This document shows, piece by piece, positions 62,356 through 64,000 of a stretch of 64,000 bases of DNA; position 1 is the stretch's first letter; every line of letters begins with the position of its first letter. Both the position numbers and the translations under genes were made by a program. Origin of the DNA: Podarcis filfolensis. Lineage: Eukaryota. The stretch lies in assembly GCA_964270895.1 (NCBI GenBank), contig OZ185438.1. One strand, given 5' to 3'. Under the pieces are notes generated by a model that did not search any database, was not told the DNA's origin, and worked only from the letters and a program-made list of their open reading frames with translations.

Positions 62356-64000
62356 ATAAATCACAAAGACAGTGTATTTGTTGATAAGCTAGGAGGATAC
62401 TTTCTAGGCATCTATATTACAGTGTAGAAACCACAAGAGCCTTATAACGTAAATATCTATAGTATGTATCCATGCTGAGCAAACAGATTAAACATGCAAT
62501 TTATGTAAACGTTGACATAACACCATCTATAAAAACTTGCAAGGCCAGAGGGCAGGGGAAGAAGAAGAATGAATATCCAAAAACCAAGAAAGGGAGGACA
62601 AAAAAACCCACTACAACTTTCATATTCAATAACAGCATACCTCATTCACCGCCTCCGCCTCCCATCCCATTGTCTCCTTAGATTTTTCACACACAAAAAT
62701 AGAACACACTGGAATCCAATACTGCGATAAAAGTATGGGTTGACTACAGACATAATATGCAAACCACTAACAATTTTTCTATTAGTCAGTGCTTGTTTGA
62801 CCATATCGCAGGGCTGCTGATGGAAGGAGTCCTTAGGTTTTTCTTCAAATATTGGTTCAATAAAGTAATGCTCTCATTTCTGAGAAACTGACTCCTAAAT
62901 TGAGGGTATCTCAGGGTGCAGCTTAACCTATGCATTTGCTGCTCATTTGACAGGCCAATCAGAGTGATGGAAGCCCTGAGGAGATATGGCTTTATTTGGT
63001 ATTCATAACATTTGTTCTGTATTTTTTCTGTATCAGGTCGGTTTTTGTTGTAGCATCTAATTCATTCTGTAATCTGAGAATATACTTTGTTTTGAGATAA
63101 TGGCAGTGAACCTTTTCTTTGTTTACCCAATTTTTTCTCTTATTTATTTTATTTCATAATAAAGTATCATTTTTAAAAAAGGAATGCAAACATTAATAAT
63201 ATGTAACAATCTGTAAGAGCATAATAAAAAGGCCACAGTTCTAAGTTGGAGGAACGTCCTCAGTCACATCACGATTTAATGCCACGTACGCCTTCGCAAT
63301 GAAGATAAGCCGTAATCACTTCAAATTAGTATCCGCAGTCCAGCAGAGATAGCAGAAGAGAAGGCCTTAAAGCACTGGAACATTTCACTCTGCATCCAAT
63401 GTTGGATTTATTCCAAGGATGTGTTGTTCCTCTGCTTTGTACTGGGATGAAAAATGAATGTTGCTGATCACCTATACAAAAGCAAAAAGTAGCAGGGAAA
63501 CTTAACGAGTAAATAATTTCCTGTTGCCATGCTTCATTAAAAATCTCTGTTGATTAGAGTCTCTTTTGTGCAATCTGCAAATAGCATAATATTATGCTGT
63601 TCCATTCCTCACCGAAGTTCCCCCTTTCTGGCACATTGCAGCAGAAACTCTCTAACTTAAAATGTAAAAAAATTAAAAATCAATAAATTGGCAATGTTTA
63701 TCTGTAACTTGTAAAGAGAGGGCTGATATCTGGTGAGCCTGATCTCTACCAAGTTGATAATATTCAGGTAATGCCAATATCTTTCATAAAATATTTTCAA
63801 TGAACTTAACAGGCTGATCTTACTTTTGGCCAGATTGCCAAGAATCCATATTGCATTTTTGTGTGCAGTTTTCAAGTTGAAGCATTCTAGCCATCATCGC
63901 ATAAGTAGATTTTGGTAGTGCCACCATTGATGTGTCATTTGCAGCTGCACTGTTGTCCAATTTAGACATTCTGGATTCTGCTTGATCAAGCCTAGCTGCA

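Overview
Vertebrate genomic DNA from a squamate, most likely a lacertid lizard (inferred from Sauria SINEs with (ACCTTT)n tails, Bov-B, and L2/CR1 and mariner MITE families). Three protein-coding genes are supported, all on the + strand. (1) The last two coding exons of an endothelin receptor type B gene (EDNRB, 2270-2378 and 3772-3903), with an unusually substituted extracellular half of TM7. (2) An unnamed multi-exon AID/APOBEC-family zinc-dependent deaminase (38723-39302, 41131-41173, 41689-41879) with intact HAE...PCxxC and a disordered C-terminal tail bearing CDK sites and a cyclin-docking-like KRKLDF motif. The ORF track shows only its catalytic exon and misses the two downstream exons. 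(3) The CpG-island promoter and first nine coding exons of IPO5 (47809-59343). EDNRB directly upstream of IPO5 is not the human gene order and fits one large inversion with a breakpoint in this window. The interval between EDNRB and the deaminase is TE-rich. It contains a four-unit tandem amplification (27.6-34.1 kb) whose history can be read from shared insertions, and a Bov-B copy with a twin-priming-type inversion. The best candidate for an undescribed system is the possibly cell-cycle-regulated APOBEC-like deaminase. No database searches could be run, so family assignments rest on motif recognition.
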